A stretch of 63,249 nucleotides of DNA, counting the filler, from Reticulomyxa filosa (taxonomy: Eukaryota > Protista > Foraminifera): the NCBI GenBank assembly GCA_000512085.1. It is 18 parts of 18 records of this genome, joined end to end, with 100 filler letters (N's around TTAATTAATTAA, not from the genome) between each part and the next. Parts side by side here need not be neighbours in the genome. Positions count along the whole stretch, not along the records: positions 13,445 to 14,472 come from ASPP01001782.1; positions 14,573 to 16,158 come from ASPP01010043.1; positions 16,259 to 17,725 come from ASPP01048838.1; positions 17,826 to 36,311 come from ASPP01008995.1; 14 more parts are not named here. One strand, given 5' to 3'. The translations under genes were made by a program, and so were the position numbers. Shown here piece by piece: positions 14,045 to 25,957 of the stretch; position 1 is the first letter of the stretch, and every line of letters begins with the position of its first letter. The notes beneath the pieces are model-generated. The model made no database searches, was not told where the DNA came from, and saw nothing but the letters and a program-made list of their open reading frames with translations.

Positions 14045-14713
14045 TAATACATTTCCTTATTGCTTCTGATTTTCGGATTCATTGCATGATATCTGGTCCA
14101 GATATAGTTGTATTACCCATGTATTTCAGTAAGTTAGTGTTTTCCTTATTTATTTGCATTTATTATTGCAATTTTTGACTGTGACAGGCTTTTTGTGGTA
14201 TTTTCCTTGCCTGTATTCTTGTTGCTATTGTTACGTGACAAGACTTATTATTGTCTTTTTCATTGCAAACATTCGCAACATTTGCTTCAATGAAAACTCC
14301 CTCTTATTTCTTGATGTGAAAATATTTTTTATGATTTTGCTCAACAACGGCAAATTGATAACTCTGTCCTTTTAATTCAAGGGCTTTCAGGTTTAAACTA
14401 AACAAAAATGAAAGGACAACTCTTCAATTTTGGTTCGAGTATTTTTTTTCTTAATTCAATTTTGACAAATAANNNNNNNNNNNNNNNNNNNNNNNNNNNN
14501 NNNNNNNNNNNNNNNNTTAATTAATTAANNNNNNNNNNNNNNNNNNNNNNNNNNNNNNNNNNNNNNNNNNNNATATATATATATATATATATGTATATAC
14601 ATATATACTGATGTGATATCAATTCACAAGAAATGTGATGTTTGGCTTTGGCCAACATTTGATCTAATCTGATCCGATAAACATTATGTAAAAATAAAAT
14701 AAAATAAAATAAG

Positions 14714-16158
14714 GCGAAGATGCAATTGGGTCATGGGTGCCTGACTTGATTAACGTCATCACGACTGCCATAGCCAATGAGCAAGATGATAGCGAGGACG
14801 AGGTGTGGGATGACATGAGTCCGAATTTGTGTCATTACTTTTTGCCAATGTGGTTTTTTTTCATGAACGCTCATGTTAATTTAAAATAAGAACAAGGAGG
14901 GTTACACATATGTCACATGTATATACATATGCACTATTTGAAATATGAGAGTACTCGAATACAAATCAAACTATTTATAATATTTGATAATAATAATAAA
15001 AAAAAAAAAAAAATGGAAATCAATGTAGGGGGACTATGAGTGCAGTAGTAAACAAGAAGCCATCCACAGTGGTGTAAAATGCAGTCAATGCAAAATGTAT
15101 CCTATCCGTGGCATTCGATTCAAGTGTTGGGTGTGCTCGGATTATGATTTGTGTGCCAACTGCGAGTCATTCGGGAAGCACAATCCTACACATCCGTTGT
15201 TGAAAATGAACAGACCCATTGGAGCACTACGGCCGCACGACTCGAACGACTTGACGGGAATGCATGAATGGTACGGAGCATGGATGCATGGGACGCAGTC
15301 GAGTCACGGCTGGTTCGGACCGCCGCCACCAAGGCCTCCGCCTTCACATCTCTCTTACTTGTCTCAGTCTATGCAAAGCCACAACTGGATGCCCAGTCCC
15401 CACAATCGATGGCACGATCAACGAGGCCCGTCTCATCATTACCAATACAGTAACAGCAACGACAGTAGCAGCAGTGGTGCTACCAATTCCGGTGGCAACT
15501 CGTATCATACCTCGCAATACAACAATAACAGCAACAACAACAACAACAACAACAACAACAGCAGCAGCACATATGGAGCAAGACGAGGGGGATGTCGAAA
15601 ATGGATGCGTTTCGCCAATGCCATGGAAAAAGTCTTTCGACGTGACGACGACCAAACGACCGTGAGTACTACCAGCAATGAGGGCAGTTGCAAATATGCC
15701 AATAAAAATAACAACAAAAACAAGAAAGGACGACTGATGGCCGAATTTGTGAAAGATGTCAGCTTACCTGATCGGAGCTATTATCCCACAGACACCATTT
15801 TGGAGAAAACGTGGGAAATGAAAAATACGGGCACAATTGAATGGGGAGACGGCGTTGAATTAGTCTTTTTGAAAGGTGATGAAATACTGTCACTCGAAAA
15901 ACGCTATCTTGTGCCAAATGCCAAACCGCAAGAGTGTGTCCAAATCTCGGCCATGATTCGAACTCCTACCACTCCTGGAAGATATTGCGCTTATTTTCGC
16001 TTACAAAAAAATGGCAACAAATTTGGTCCTCGTGTCTGGGTTGATTTATTTGCTGTTTCGGAGAGTAAAGGACAATCGACCCAATCCAAAGATGTGCAAA
16101 CCGAAAAAGGAAATGTCACTGAAAAGGACAAGGCAGGAGAAAAAAAGGAAAAGGAAAA
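14714..16158 (+). CDS. NBR1: NBR1/p62-like selective autophagy receptor (ZZ zinc finger + FW domain), partial
   Basis: ZZ: HSGVKCSQC..PIRGIRFKCWVCSDYDLCANCE..HNPTH. FW domain: AEFVKDVSLPD..KTWEMKNTG..W..PTTPGRYCAYFRL..FGPRVWVD. Upstream exon 14714-14803. Truncated by gaps. Confidence 0.85.
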
Positions 16159-16258
16159 NNNNNNNNNNNNNNNNNNNNNNNNNNNNNNNNNNNNNNNNNN
16201 NNTTAATTAATTAANNNNNNNNNNNNNNNNNNNNNNNNNNNNNNNNNNNNNNNNNNNN

Positions 16259-16581
16259 TCGCGTCTGTTGGCAGAGCTAGATGATCCGCTGTTTATTATT
16301 TCGTCAATATTCAATAGTTCCTCGTTTTCACTTTCACGCATTTTATTCGCCATTTTCAATAGCTTTTTCTTTGAAATCAGGTCCAATTGCACATGTATAA
16401 AAGCTGTTTTCCATTGTTGTGGCTCCAACATTGAAATGTCCTCCCCTTGTATTATTCTTTCCTTTTGACACAAGTAAGAGGCGAGCTTTGAGGCGTCGTT
16501 ACGATCTATTTTGGCTGTGTTCTTCAAATATGTAAATATCTGTTCTTCTTCTTCATCTTTCTTTTCTATGCTTTCTGTCAT
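16259..16581 (-). CDS. 5' part of a hypothetical protein with a SAM-like helical domain
   Basis: ATG-initiated ORF running into the gap; IQGEDISML..W....L...KKKLL resembles a SAM pattern. Confidence 0.45.
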
Positions 16582-18000
16582 TTCGATAATAAAATACGAA
16601 CGTTCACATCAATTTTTAGTTAAAAAACGGGTAGCAACCAAACTAATAAAAACCCATTCAAAAAAAGAAATTGCTCGTCAAAAACGCAAACTTTTAAAGG
16701 TATCAAAAGATAACCAAAAAATAAAAATATGCAACAAATAAAAAACGCAAAAGAGATTATCACAATAAAATAATAAGATACAGTAGAATAAAAGAAAATT
16801 GATACTAAACGGTACTTTATGAATATGATTGATTTTCTCCATGAAAGAACACAATTTAATTAAAATTTTTTTGAAAATATACAGATCGTGTAGTTTTTAA
16901 ATGTCGTTTTGGTTTTATTTTATCTTTCAAAATTTTTCAAAGATTGAATTTTTCATTTGATTTCTTGAAATTTTCGAAAAAAAATTGACAGTCGCGTTCA
17001 TGAAATTTGCAAATCCTTTTTTAAGCATTTTCATAAAATACCTTGTGAAAAAATTTGTTTTGCTGCTTTTCAAAGATTTCTTTGAAGATTTTTTGTGGTT
17101 TATTCACGTGTTTTCATCATTTCTGTCTATTGATTTACATACGTTATATTTTCATTGTTTTGTATCAAACACACCAATATTTCGATGAATAACAAATAAT
17201 TGCTGATTCCGCTGAACACTACACCCACACATTAATCATTATCCTTTCTATAGTAAATTAGATGGCTGTGATTGTCTGCGAAAAGATTTCATTGATTGTA
17301 ACTGTTGATTTCTTTGATTTATCCATTTTATTGTTATTATTGCTACTTGAAATGTACATATTTGTCATGTATGTTTTTTTCCATCGAAAGAAAAAAAATA
17401 TAAAAGTGATCAGGGATGCATTTTACACTTATCCGTTTATGAGACGGTCGCTTCACATAAAAGTTGTGATGGGTCATGTATATCTCCATTCAAATATGAA
17501 CATGAAATTTTGTTTTCCAGATCGTATTCCAACACCTTAAAGAAACGTTTGTGTGGAATTCAAAAGTGCATAATGAAGATGAATACATAAAATGATATTG
17601 TTAGCACGGACAAAATATGGTCAATTCATACAACGAGTTATGTAAATAAGTGTGAAGTAGATAAATACATAAAGCTATGAAAAGAATTGGCTTGCCAGAT
17701 GAGATCTTTTAATGCATTTTAATTTNNNNNNNNNNNNNNNNNNNNNNNNNNNNNNNNNNNNNNNNNNNNTTAATTAATTAANNNNNNNNNNNNNNNNNNN
17801 NNNNNNNNNNNNNNNNNNNNNNNNNTTATCAGTACCAAAGAGTTTTTTCATTCTCTTCCTCCTTTCCAAATGCGTAATGAATTCATTTCTATCTCCAAAG
17901 GATACATCTCTGAATAGTGGGAGTGTTTTTATCCATAAAGACTCTTCTTCACAAACAGACCTGATAAATTTGTCAGAAATATTTTTTGCATTTGGAAAAA

Positions 18001-20399
18001 ATGAAATTGAGTCGACAAGCTGCAAGCGCTCGTGTAAAAAATTGCAAAGATTGCACTGTATTCGTTGCTATCTTTTTGCATAACGTTTGTGTTTGTAATG
18101 ATCCCACTGGATTGCGCACCAAAAGCGCAAGAGAAAAGTGAGCAAGTGAATCTGTGGTGGTATTTTTTTGTGAATCAATTATGGTTTTCATGTTTCAATG
18201 CGTTGGGATTGCTGTTTTGTTTTTATGGAGCAATCCCAGTGCTTTCGCCGTTCCATTTGATACTGCTCTGGATATCTGAACAGGTCGCTTGTGCATTATG
18301 TGGTGTCGTCTTTTATCGATACTCTGCGCTTCAAACCGATTATACCATTGTGAGAAGATACAGTGGTTAATTTATTAATATACAATACATATCTTTTTTT
18401 GTGTCATTACAAATCATTCAAATAAACAAACATTGTGCTTATACATATATGTATATTTTATGTTATGTGCATGTGTATTAACAGTTTGGACATGCTTTAT
18501 TTTAACCATAACTTATTTTGGTATCCAATCAAAGCGATTACATTCCAAATATATTTTGTTTCGTGCCACTCACGGTGAAAGATCGGATCAATCCGAAGAC
18601 TCGATTATCAGTATTCGTACACATGACAAGTACCGATTTGACTATGATGCCAATAATCATAGCAACAAAAGTATCGATAATAATAGTAATAACAATAATA
18701 ATGATAATAATAGCTCACTGCAGCACAGCGATAATACGGCATCGTTTGTTACGGCTCAATTGATGAGACAGCAGTTATATTCGCATCCGAAGCGGTATGA
18801 AAACAGCGATAGTATGAGGCCAATGATCATTCATCCTTCGAAATCACATCACGACTCAATTCATAGTGGGCATCTTCCCAAAGCATCGACCAGCACAGAG
18901 CAATCTTCTAGTTTGGAGTCCAAAACCAACATGACTCCAAAGCTTTCGACAGGAGCTGTTGCTCATTGTTTGTTTGGTGTATGTGCGACTGTATATTTGT
19001 TGGAACGATGAGAAAATAATAATAACTGTAACAATAAACAAACAAATTCTCAGATAAAATGATAGAAAATACGGAAGACACAGATGCGATGGATATATTT
19101 ACGAATAAAGCGCCGCTACTGTCTGTCGAGTATATGTGTGCAATTGGACCAGGCTATTTGGATGCAGATGACTCACTCTATATTGGAAGGGATATCCTTT
19201 CAGCAAACAGCCAAGATTCTCCCGATTACAATGCAAATCTGAAAGAGGAACTGTTTGGGCGGATGGTTCCAAGATTAACTATGGAATCATTACAAAACTC
19301 TTCAAAGTACAAAGAACATAATGACCAAAAAGGTGCGGAGTACGTATGTCTATATCGTTCTCCGTTGGTGCAATACGGTTATTGTTTGCTCTTTAGTACT
19401 GGGGTTGTTTGTACGTTTGAATTTTGTCAATGGTACACATCACAATATTTTGGACAAACCATGAACAAAAATGACTCGGACTATGCAATGCGTCATATCT
19501 TGGCTTTTTTCATTTTTGTGATATCTTTTTTGGTATTAAAATCACTTTTGAAAACTGTTGGATTTCTAATTGACATGGGGAAACGTGGTGGCTCTGTCTT
19601 TTATTATCAGGGTGAAATGATTTGTATGGTATATTATTATGTGTTTTATCGATTGATATTTACTACTGTCGACTCTGTGTATTTGTTTATTGGACTGAAA
19701 GTTATTCATTTGTCCAATGAATGGATTATGTATGCATTTCGGTCTTCCAAATGGTACATTTTGTTTTTGAATAATTTATTTGCAACTGATCGTAGCAAAA
19801 ATGATGATAATAGCAGTACTTGGTGCTTTTGTCGATATATGTTTTTACCAGAATTTGCACAGCGAATATTTTTTGATTCTTATACTTTACATGTGCATCA
19901 CTCTTTGTCTCAGAATCATCCCAATAAAGGCAATTACTCAGAAAACGCCGAGCATCCAAGTTTGCTGCATGAACATGCTTACAAAAATTGGGTTTCCTTT
20001 TTGTGTTTAGATTTTGGTTTGCGATTGGTTATTATGTCATCTACGTTAATTGGCTTTGTTATCGCTTTTGCTTTGGTTCGCTTTGGCTATAATCACCATG
20101 TTTATCATTTTTTTGGAGATGTCACTATGTCTCATTTCTATAGGGTCATGGTCGTCTTAACTGCAAGTTTTGTTGTCGAAATAATTAATGCGGTTATTAT
20201 GGAACTTTTTTGGTGGAGATATCATTTGAAAAAATCCGTCATTGTTCGGGTTTATTATTTGTTACGAAATTTCCATTTTCGTCTGTTTTTCATTGTGATA
20301 ATGGGTGCTATTGCTTGTGATATGTTTGTTGCTGAACTCGCCCTTTCTCATGGCTTTTATCACGATCACTTTTTTTCCAAGCATTGTTTTACTCAATAA
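18001..20399 (+). CDS. Multi-pass membrane protein of unknown function, with a frame break near 18035-18041
   Basis: ORFs 18065-18370, 18433-19011 and 19059-20399 join through GT-AG introns; many hydrophobic segments flank a polar loop. Confidence 0.7.
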
Positions 20400-20820
20400 T
20401 TTTGTTTGCTTCAATTTGTTTTTTTTTTTGCTCAAATTATACTTATTCCAATTTTGCCTTTTTGAGAAAAAGTATAATATATTACAAGGAGGCACATTTG
20501 TATCAAAATTGACCAATTTAATGACACTTGTTCCTTTGATTGGTCAATTACTACGTGTAAATAATACTGCTCTCTTGTCAAGATTAAATCGAGTTAAATT
20601 TTCTTAAAATTTAGATTTTGCATCATCAATACTTTTCAGAGAATCAAAAATACTTTTGAAATTCTTCCTTCGGTGTTCTACGGAGTGATTAAAAAGTTGT
20701 GAATCCAAAAAAAAATACGAATAAAGGAAACATGAGAAATACCTCTTTTTTTGAGAAAAAAAACAAAATCGAAAAAAAAAACAATTATAGAAGGAAGCAA
20801 TCTTATGCAGTCGGTTTCAT

Positions 20821-22365
20821 TTACATGAGAAGACATCCTGCATTCATCTGTAATTGTTCATCAACAGGAGATTGGGTGATAGGTTGTGAAGAAGACAGAG
20901 TATGATCATCCGATTTCTGTGCAAGACTTTGAAAAGGGCACTTGGCCTCCTTTCTCATTTCTGGAGCATTTTTTGCAAATTTTGCAAAAGGGCATTGTTT
21001 TTGCGAGTTACCCATGGAAACGAGTTTGGAGTGAGGGTGAGCAAAGGTATGACCACCATATCCATGAACATCAACGGATTGAGTGTTTGGAAGAGATGTG
21101 TTGAACACATCTTTATGAATGGCTTGATAGGGACACGATTGGGACAATTCAACATCGATTGAGGTACGGTCGTTGAAAGGACAAATTGCAAATAATCTGC
21201 GTTTCCCATCAATGGTCATATTCCGCAGCGACTGTAAGTCAATGCCATCCTCCGTTTCCTCTGTGGTATTACATTCACTTTTTTCAAAGGCATTCTCCGG
21301 CAACTGCATAAACAATTCAAAGCCGCATGAAGGCTTTTCATCCGCCTTGACATCGTCTTTCACCTCCTTGCGATCTCCATCCACCGACATCGTCGCCAAT
21401 TCAATCGGTAATTTGCCATTCGCATTCATCACAAGCATTTTTGCCTTGTAAGTATCCAATAACCCGTAAAAACGAGACTCACCTTTTTTTTTTTATAAAA
21501 AAAAAAGTGGTCTCTAAATCCAATAGATAACAATAGTAACAAAAAAAAAAACAACAACAACAAAGCATAAAGATGGTAATATATATTTTGAATGGTAACT
21601 GTCTGGCCAGGATTGGAAAATGAGATGTGCAATAGTTTGTTTGAGTGTTCCACAAAAAGCATTGACATTGGCACCGAATTGGCATAAGGCATTTGCCATT
21701 GCGTATTGACATAACAGTACAGCTTTGTACAAAGGGGTGTGGCCATCACAGTCCAATGCATCCAAATCCGGCTTTTGTCCGTTCGATGTGGACACCATAA
21801 ACATGAATTGATGGAATAATGTCAATGCTCGCTTGTGCACGATGAGATGCAACACGCTCTGACGTCGTTGCGTGCTTTGCACGTTCACATCCAACAATGG
21901 TCGTTCACTTTCAAACAATATTCGCAACGCTTCTACTTGCTCGTGCTTTATTGCAAATTGAATTGGATAATCAACTTCATTGTCTTCACTCTTTTTATCC
22001 GTTTCATTGCTTTCGTCACGTTTGCTCGTTGTTAGTCGCTCATTTATGTTACAACCGCCAATGATTATCACCATTTGTCGCAATAGACCCAGTATCTCTT
22101 CGGACCCTTTCTTCTCTTTCAATTGTCTCATACAGTAAAATAAACCCGCCTTTCCCTCTTTGTTTCTGTGATTTATCTTTACATCCTTACAGGACAATAA
22201 GTAACCCGCTATTTCTGTCTGATTCGAAGACAAAGATAATGTCAACGCGTTGTCTTCGTTTTCGTTCAACACCTCCGATATTAATGATCCATTTTTGCAC
22301 AATATTTCTTTTGTTGTCGCTAAATCACCAGCTATAATTGCGTCATGGAGAGCATTAGAAGTCAT
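20821..22365 (-). CDS. Ankyrin-repeat protein with C-terminal CP motifs and CaaX box (CLLM)
   Basis: ANK motifs ALHDAIIAGD, NALTLSL, GHTPLYKAV and GKLPIELA. Intron 21483-21599 joins the two ORFs in frame (WPDS-ESRFY). Confidence 0.85.
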
Positions 22366-22907
22366 TATTATTCCAAAATTACTTCCACGAAAAGTTTCAA
22401 AGTGACCAAAGACCCTTTCATCTTAGTAACCTGCTCGTTTCTATGTCTTTCTCAATTATTTCTGCTGGACGAAAAAAAAAAGGTTTCAAATTACAGGTTG
22501 CACGTAATTTGTTGTACTATAAAGGATTTTTGCGTTTGATATTTTCGTACAACTGCTTCACTTATTTCTCAAATCCAATTTAATTTTTTTTTTTACGTAT
22601 ACAAAAAAGTTTTTTAATATTTGTTTCATGCACGCAGAAGTATGACGGATAGAAACTATTAATGATTTTTCAGTCAAGTATCTCTCAAGTTTTTTGTGTC
22701 AACCATCTCCATTGCAAGTCTAAAAGGTTGGATAAAGTATTACTTCATCCCAACATTTTACAACACAAAAAAACGTCAAAAAAGAGAGTAATCGGTCTTT
22801 TTTTTTTTACAAAGAGAGATATGCGCCCAAATCAGAACGAGTAACCAACACACGATTAACTAGTACACCTCCAAAAGAAGAACGCAAAACAAAAACACAG
22901 GAAATGT

Positions 22908-25629
22908 TTATTCCACAGGGAAGCCTTTGAAGCTCCAGTGGCCAATACCAGTCCAGTCGGTGCCTTGGTGGAAGACACGAATGGACTTTGTGACCAAGCC
23001 AACCTTGCACTCATGGAATTGGCCCTCATTCAAAGTGGGTAGTTGATGGAATTTTTTCCATTTGTGTTTCTTTGGATCCATGTATTCCACAATGCGATTG
23101 TTTAAAAAGTTGGCTCCCCATCCTCCGGCCATGCTTGGATTGGCTGGTGCAATTACCATCTTTTCTACGCGATATAATTTCTTGAATTTTGCCTAGATAT
23201 CCATCAACATTAATATTATTATTTCTCAATATACATACATATGTATGCATATATGTATGTATGTATGTATTTAAAAAACAAAACTTGAATCCATTGTCCA
23301 GACAAATTATTGGTACCAGCACCTTGCAATAAGTCTTTATTTTGCAAGGCCTTTGCGGTATTGGGCGGCCCAGGATACTGACTACTCATTTTCAAGCTAT
23401 ATTTGATTTTGGTAGGCTTTGGTTTTTCTTCGATGGTGATTTGAAAGGGTCGACTGTACGGCGTGCAATTGGACGTGTCATCGCTCTCCCCCCAATAGAT
23501 TTGAATGCGCACGAGGACATGGGCTTTTCGTTCAAACTTTTTCTTGATTTCAAAAGTGCACCATTTGGACTTGTCTTCATTTTCGTTTTTATCGCCATTG
23601 CCGTTGCCATTGGCTTCACCTTTCGCCGTATTATTTTTCTCTTTCGATTCACTGGCCTTTTCATCTTCCTCGTCCTCGTCACGTTCATTCTCATCATCGC
23701 TGTCCGACTTTTTTTACTTTTGACTTTCGTCGCTCTCGCTTCCGCTTTCATTCTCACTTCCACTCTCGCTACTGCCACCACTCTCACTGTTGCTGTCGCT
23801 TCCACTCTCATTATCACTTTCGCTCTCACTTGCATTCTCGCTTTCGCTGTTGTCTTCATTTGCAGACGACTCTTGATAGCTGCTATCGTCGCTTTTCACT
23901 TTCGTCTTTTGTTTCTGTTTTTCCTTGTCTTTTTCTTTCTCTCTATCTCTATCTCTATCTCTATCCTTTTCTTTTTCTTTCTCCTTTTCCTTTTCCTTTT
24001 TCTTATCCCGTTTGGAATGCTTCTTTCCATGTTTGTGTTTCCGCTTTTTCCCATGCTTTTTATGACGTTTGTTGGAGGATTGCAACAGGGTGATTTTCTT
24101 CCATTTGATCAGTTCTTGCTGCCACGTTTTGCCCTGGTCCAAGCTCCATTCCATCTTCAGATTGTACTTTCTATTCTCTTCGTCCTCTTTGCCTTTGGAT
24201 TTGGGCCCTTTTTTTTTTTTATCCTTCGCCTTGGCGATGACGTCACTGTGGAACACTACTTTGAGTTGGTTCCAGTCTTTGCCGCACAGCGACAGCTGCT
24301 TCACCACCGGCACGTGCACATCTTCTGTTTCCGTCACATGCCGCTCGCCATCGACAACATTGCCAGCCGTGCTCAAAGGAGGCAGATACGACGATGATGA
24401 TGACGATGATGACGATGATGACGATGATGATAACAAACCGGTACTGCCGCCATAACCACTGGAACTTGTCGTCATCGTTGCCATTGTTGTCGTGGTTGTC
24501 GTTGTTGCAGCAGTAGCAGTAGTGGCAGCAGTAGAAGACGGCAAAGATATAATCTTTTTGGTGTTGTCAGAGTCACGATTAATATCAATAAACTTGCTGG
24601 AAACAACAATCGAGTTGGCTTGGGAACGGGACACACTTGGAATCGATACGTCCAAAGTCCGGCCAATGAGTGCCTTGGCTTGCTCCAGGCCGACTCGATC
24701 CACCGTAATTTGTCCAATGCCATCCAACTTGCTTTGGACTTGGACTGTTTCTTGGAAGATTTGATGCCACTCTTCCAACATCTGGTGGTTCTTTTTATTT
24801 CGTTGCACGCACGCGTCATATACCGCTTTCACCTCTTCTGCTCGTGTCGTTGTCCCTTTCGGATTGCCTTGCAACACTTTTTCCAACTCTTTTGATGTCG
24901 TGAGCAAGTCCAGTTCGTACGCTTGGATCGCTGTCGTATCCCACTTATTCACGCCGACCTTGCTTTGGTAGTGTTGCTCGATTTGCTTGTCGCGCAATTG
25001 CATACATCGATTTATCAATTCCGTCTTACGCTTGTCTAGCTCTCTTTGCAAACTACTTATCGCTTCTTCAATTTCTTGTTTGCATTTATCCGCGTTTATC
25101 ATTATTTCTTTTTTTTTTTAAAAAAAAAATTTATAAATACGTTTTAGTAAAGTATACGTAGTTTAAAAAAAAATCCCCTCTTTTTGTTTTTTTTTTTTTT
25201 TAAGTAACTTTGGTCAATATGATTAACAGACTCAATGGCATTTTTTGTCTTGGACAACTCCTCGTTAACCTTGGTGACGGCTTCGTGCTCTTGTGGACTT
25301 ACTACTAGATAGGGCAACGCCTTCTGCGAACCTGGACTTTCTTCCGTGATTTGTATTTGACCTTTGTATTGTTTTATTGCGGTCACAAGTTGTTGTGCTT
25401 CCAGACCGTCCAACAGCAACGTGTCCAAACAATATGCCCATAACACCCAATCAGGCATTTCACACAAATTTGACAACGTAAACAATGTCGGCTTTTCTTC
25501 CCAGTGTTTCACCACTATTTCTGGAATGGTTTCTGACATACTCAATGAATCATTATTTGCCAAAAAGGAACGCCATATCTCCAGCTCCATGGAGATATCT
25601 GGCAATTCCTTCGCTTCATTTTCGGTCAT
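22908..25629 (-). CDS. Coiled-coil + FN3-like + mixed-charge low-complexity + C-terminal discoidin/galactose-binding-like protein; in-frame TAA at 23714-23716
   Basis: Introns 25108-25208 and about 23193-23284. The frame continues past the TAA into ORF 23219-23512. C-terminal SSQY...GQWIQAKF..VEKMVIAP...W resembles an F5/8C fold. Confidence 0.65.
23720..24060 (-). repeat. Coding low-complexity repeats: K/H-rich, (KE)n/(RD)n and (SESGS)-like acidic
   Basis: KKEKEKEKEKEKDRDRDRDREKEKDKEK and SESESDNESGSDSNSESGG in the translation. Confidence 0.9.
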
Positions 25630-25957
25630 CCCTGATATGTAGGCCCCTTTGAAACGTTCAGGAACCTAGTCTTCCCTTTTTAAAAAAAGTGATGGTTGTG
25701 ACGTTAAGTCGTTGAAAATTTAGGGAAAATATCACAAAAAGTTAAAAAATTAAAGTATTGAAGCAATTCAACTTATTTTCTTAAAGTTCGAATTGAATTT
25801 TGTCTGGAGAATAATTCATAGCCATTACCAAAAAGAGAATAAGCAAAAATCTGTATAATCACTAAAAAGTGACAATATATTTTTTTCTTTTTTAACAAAC
25901 TAAAACCTCAGAAAAAGGAGTATTTAACAAATTGTGTCTTCATAATGAACAATTCTT

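Noticed and set aside
23714-23716. Genome-wide stop-codon reassignment (TAA = Gln)
   Set aside because: QNG1, MGAT5-like, TBC and Sec12 end at TAA at the expected positions, and long ORFs lack internal TAA/TAG
23342-24397. 351-aa very hydrophobic ORF on the + strand
   Set aside because: Antisense shadow of the K/E/S-rich low-complexity coding region on the - strand
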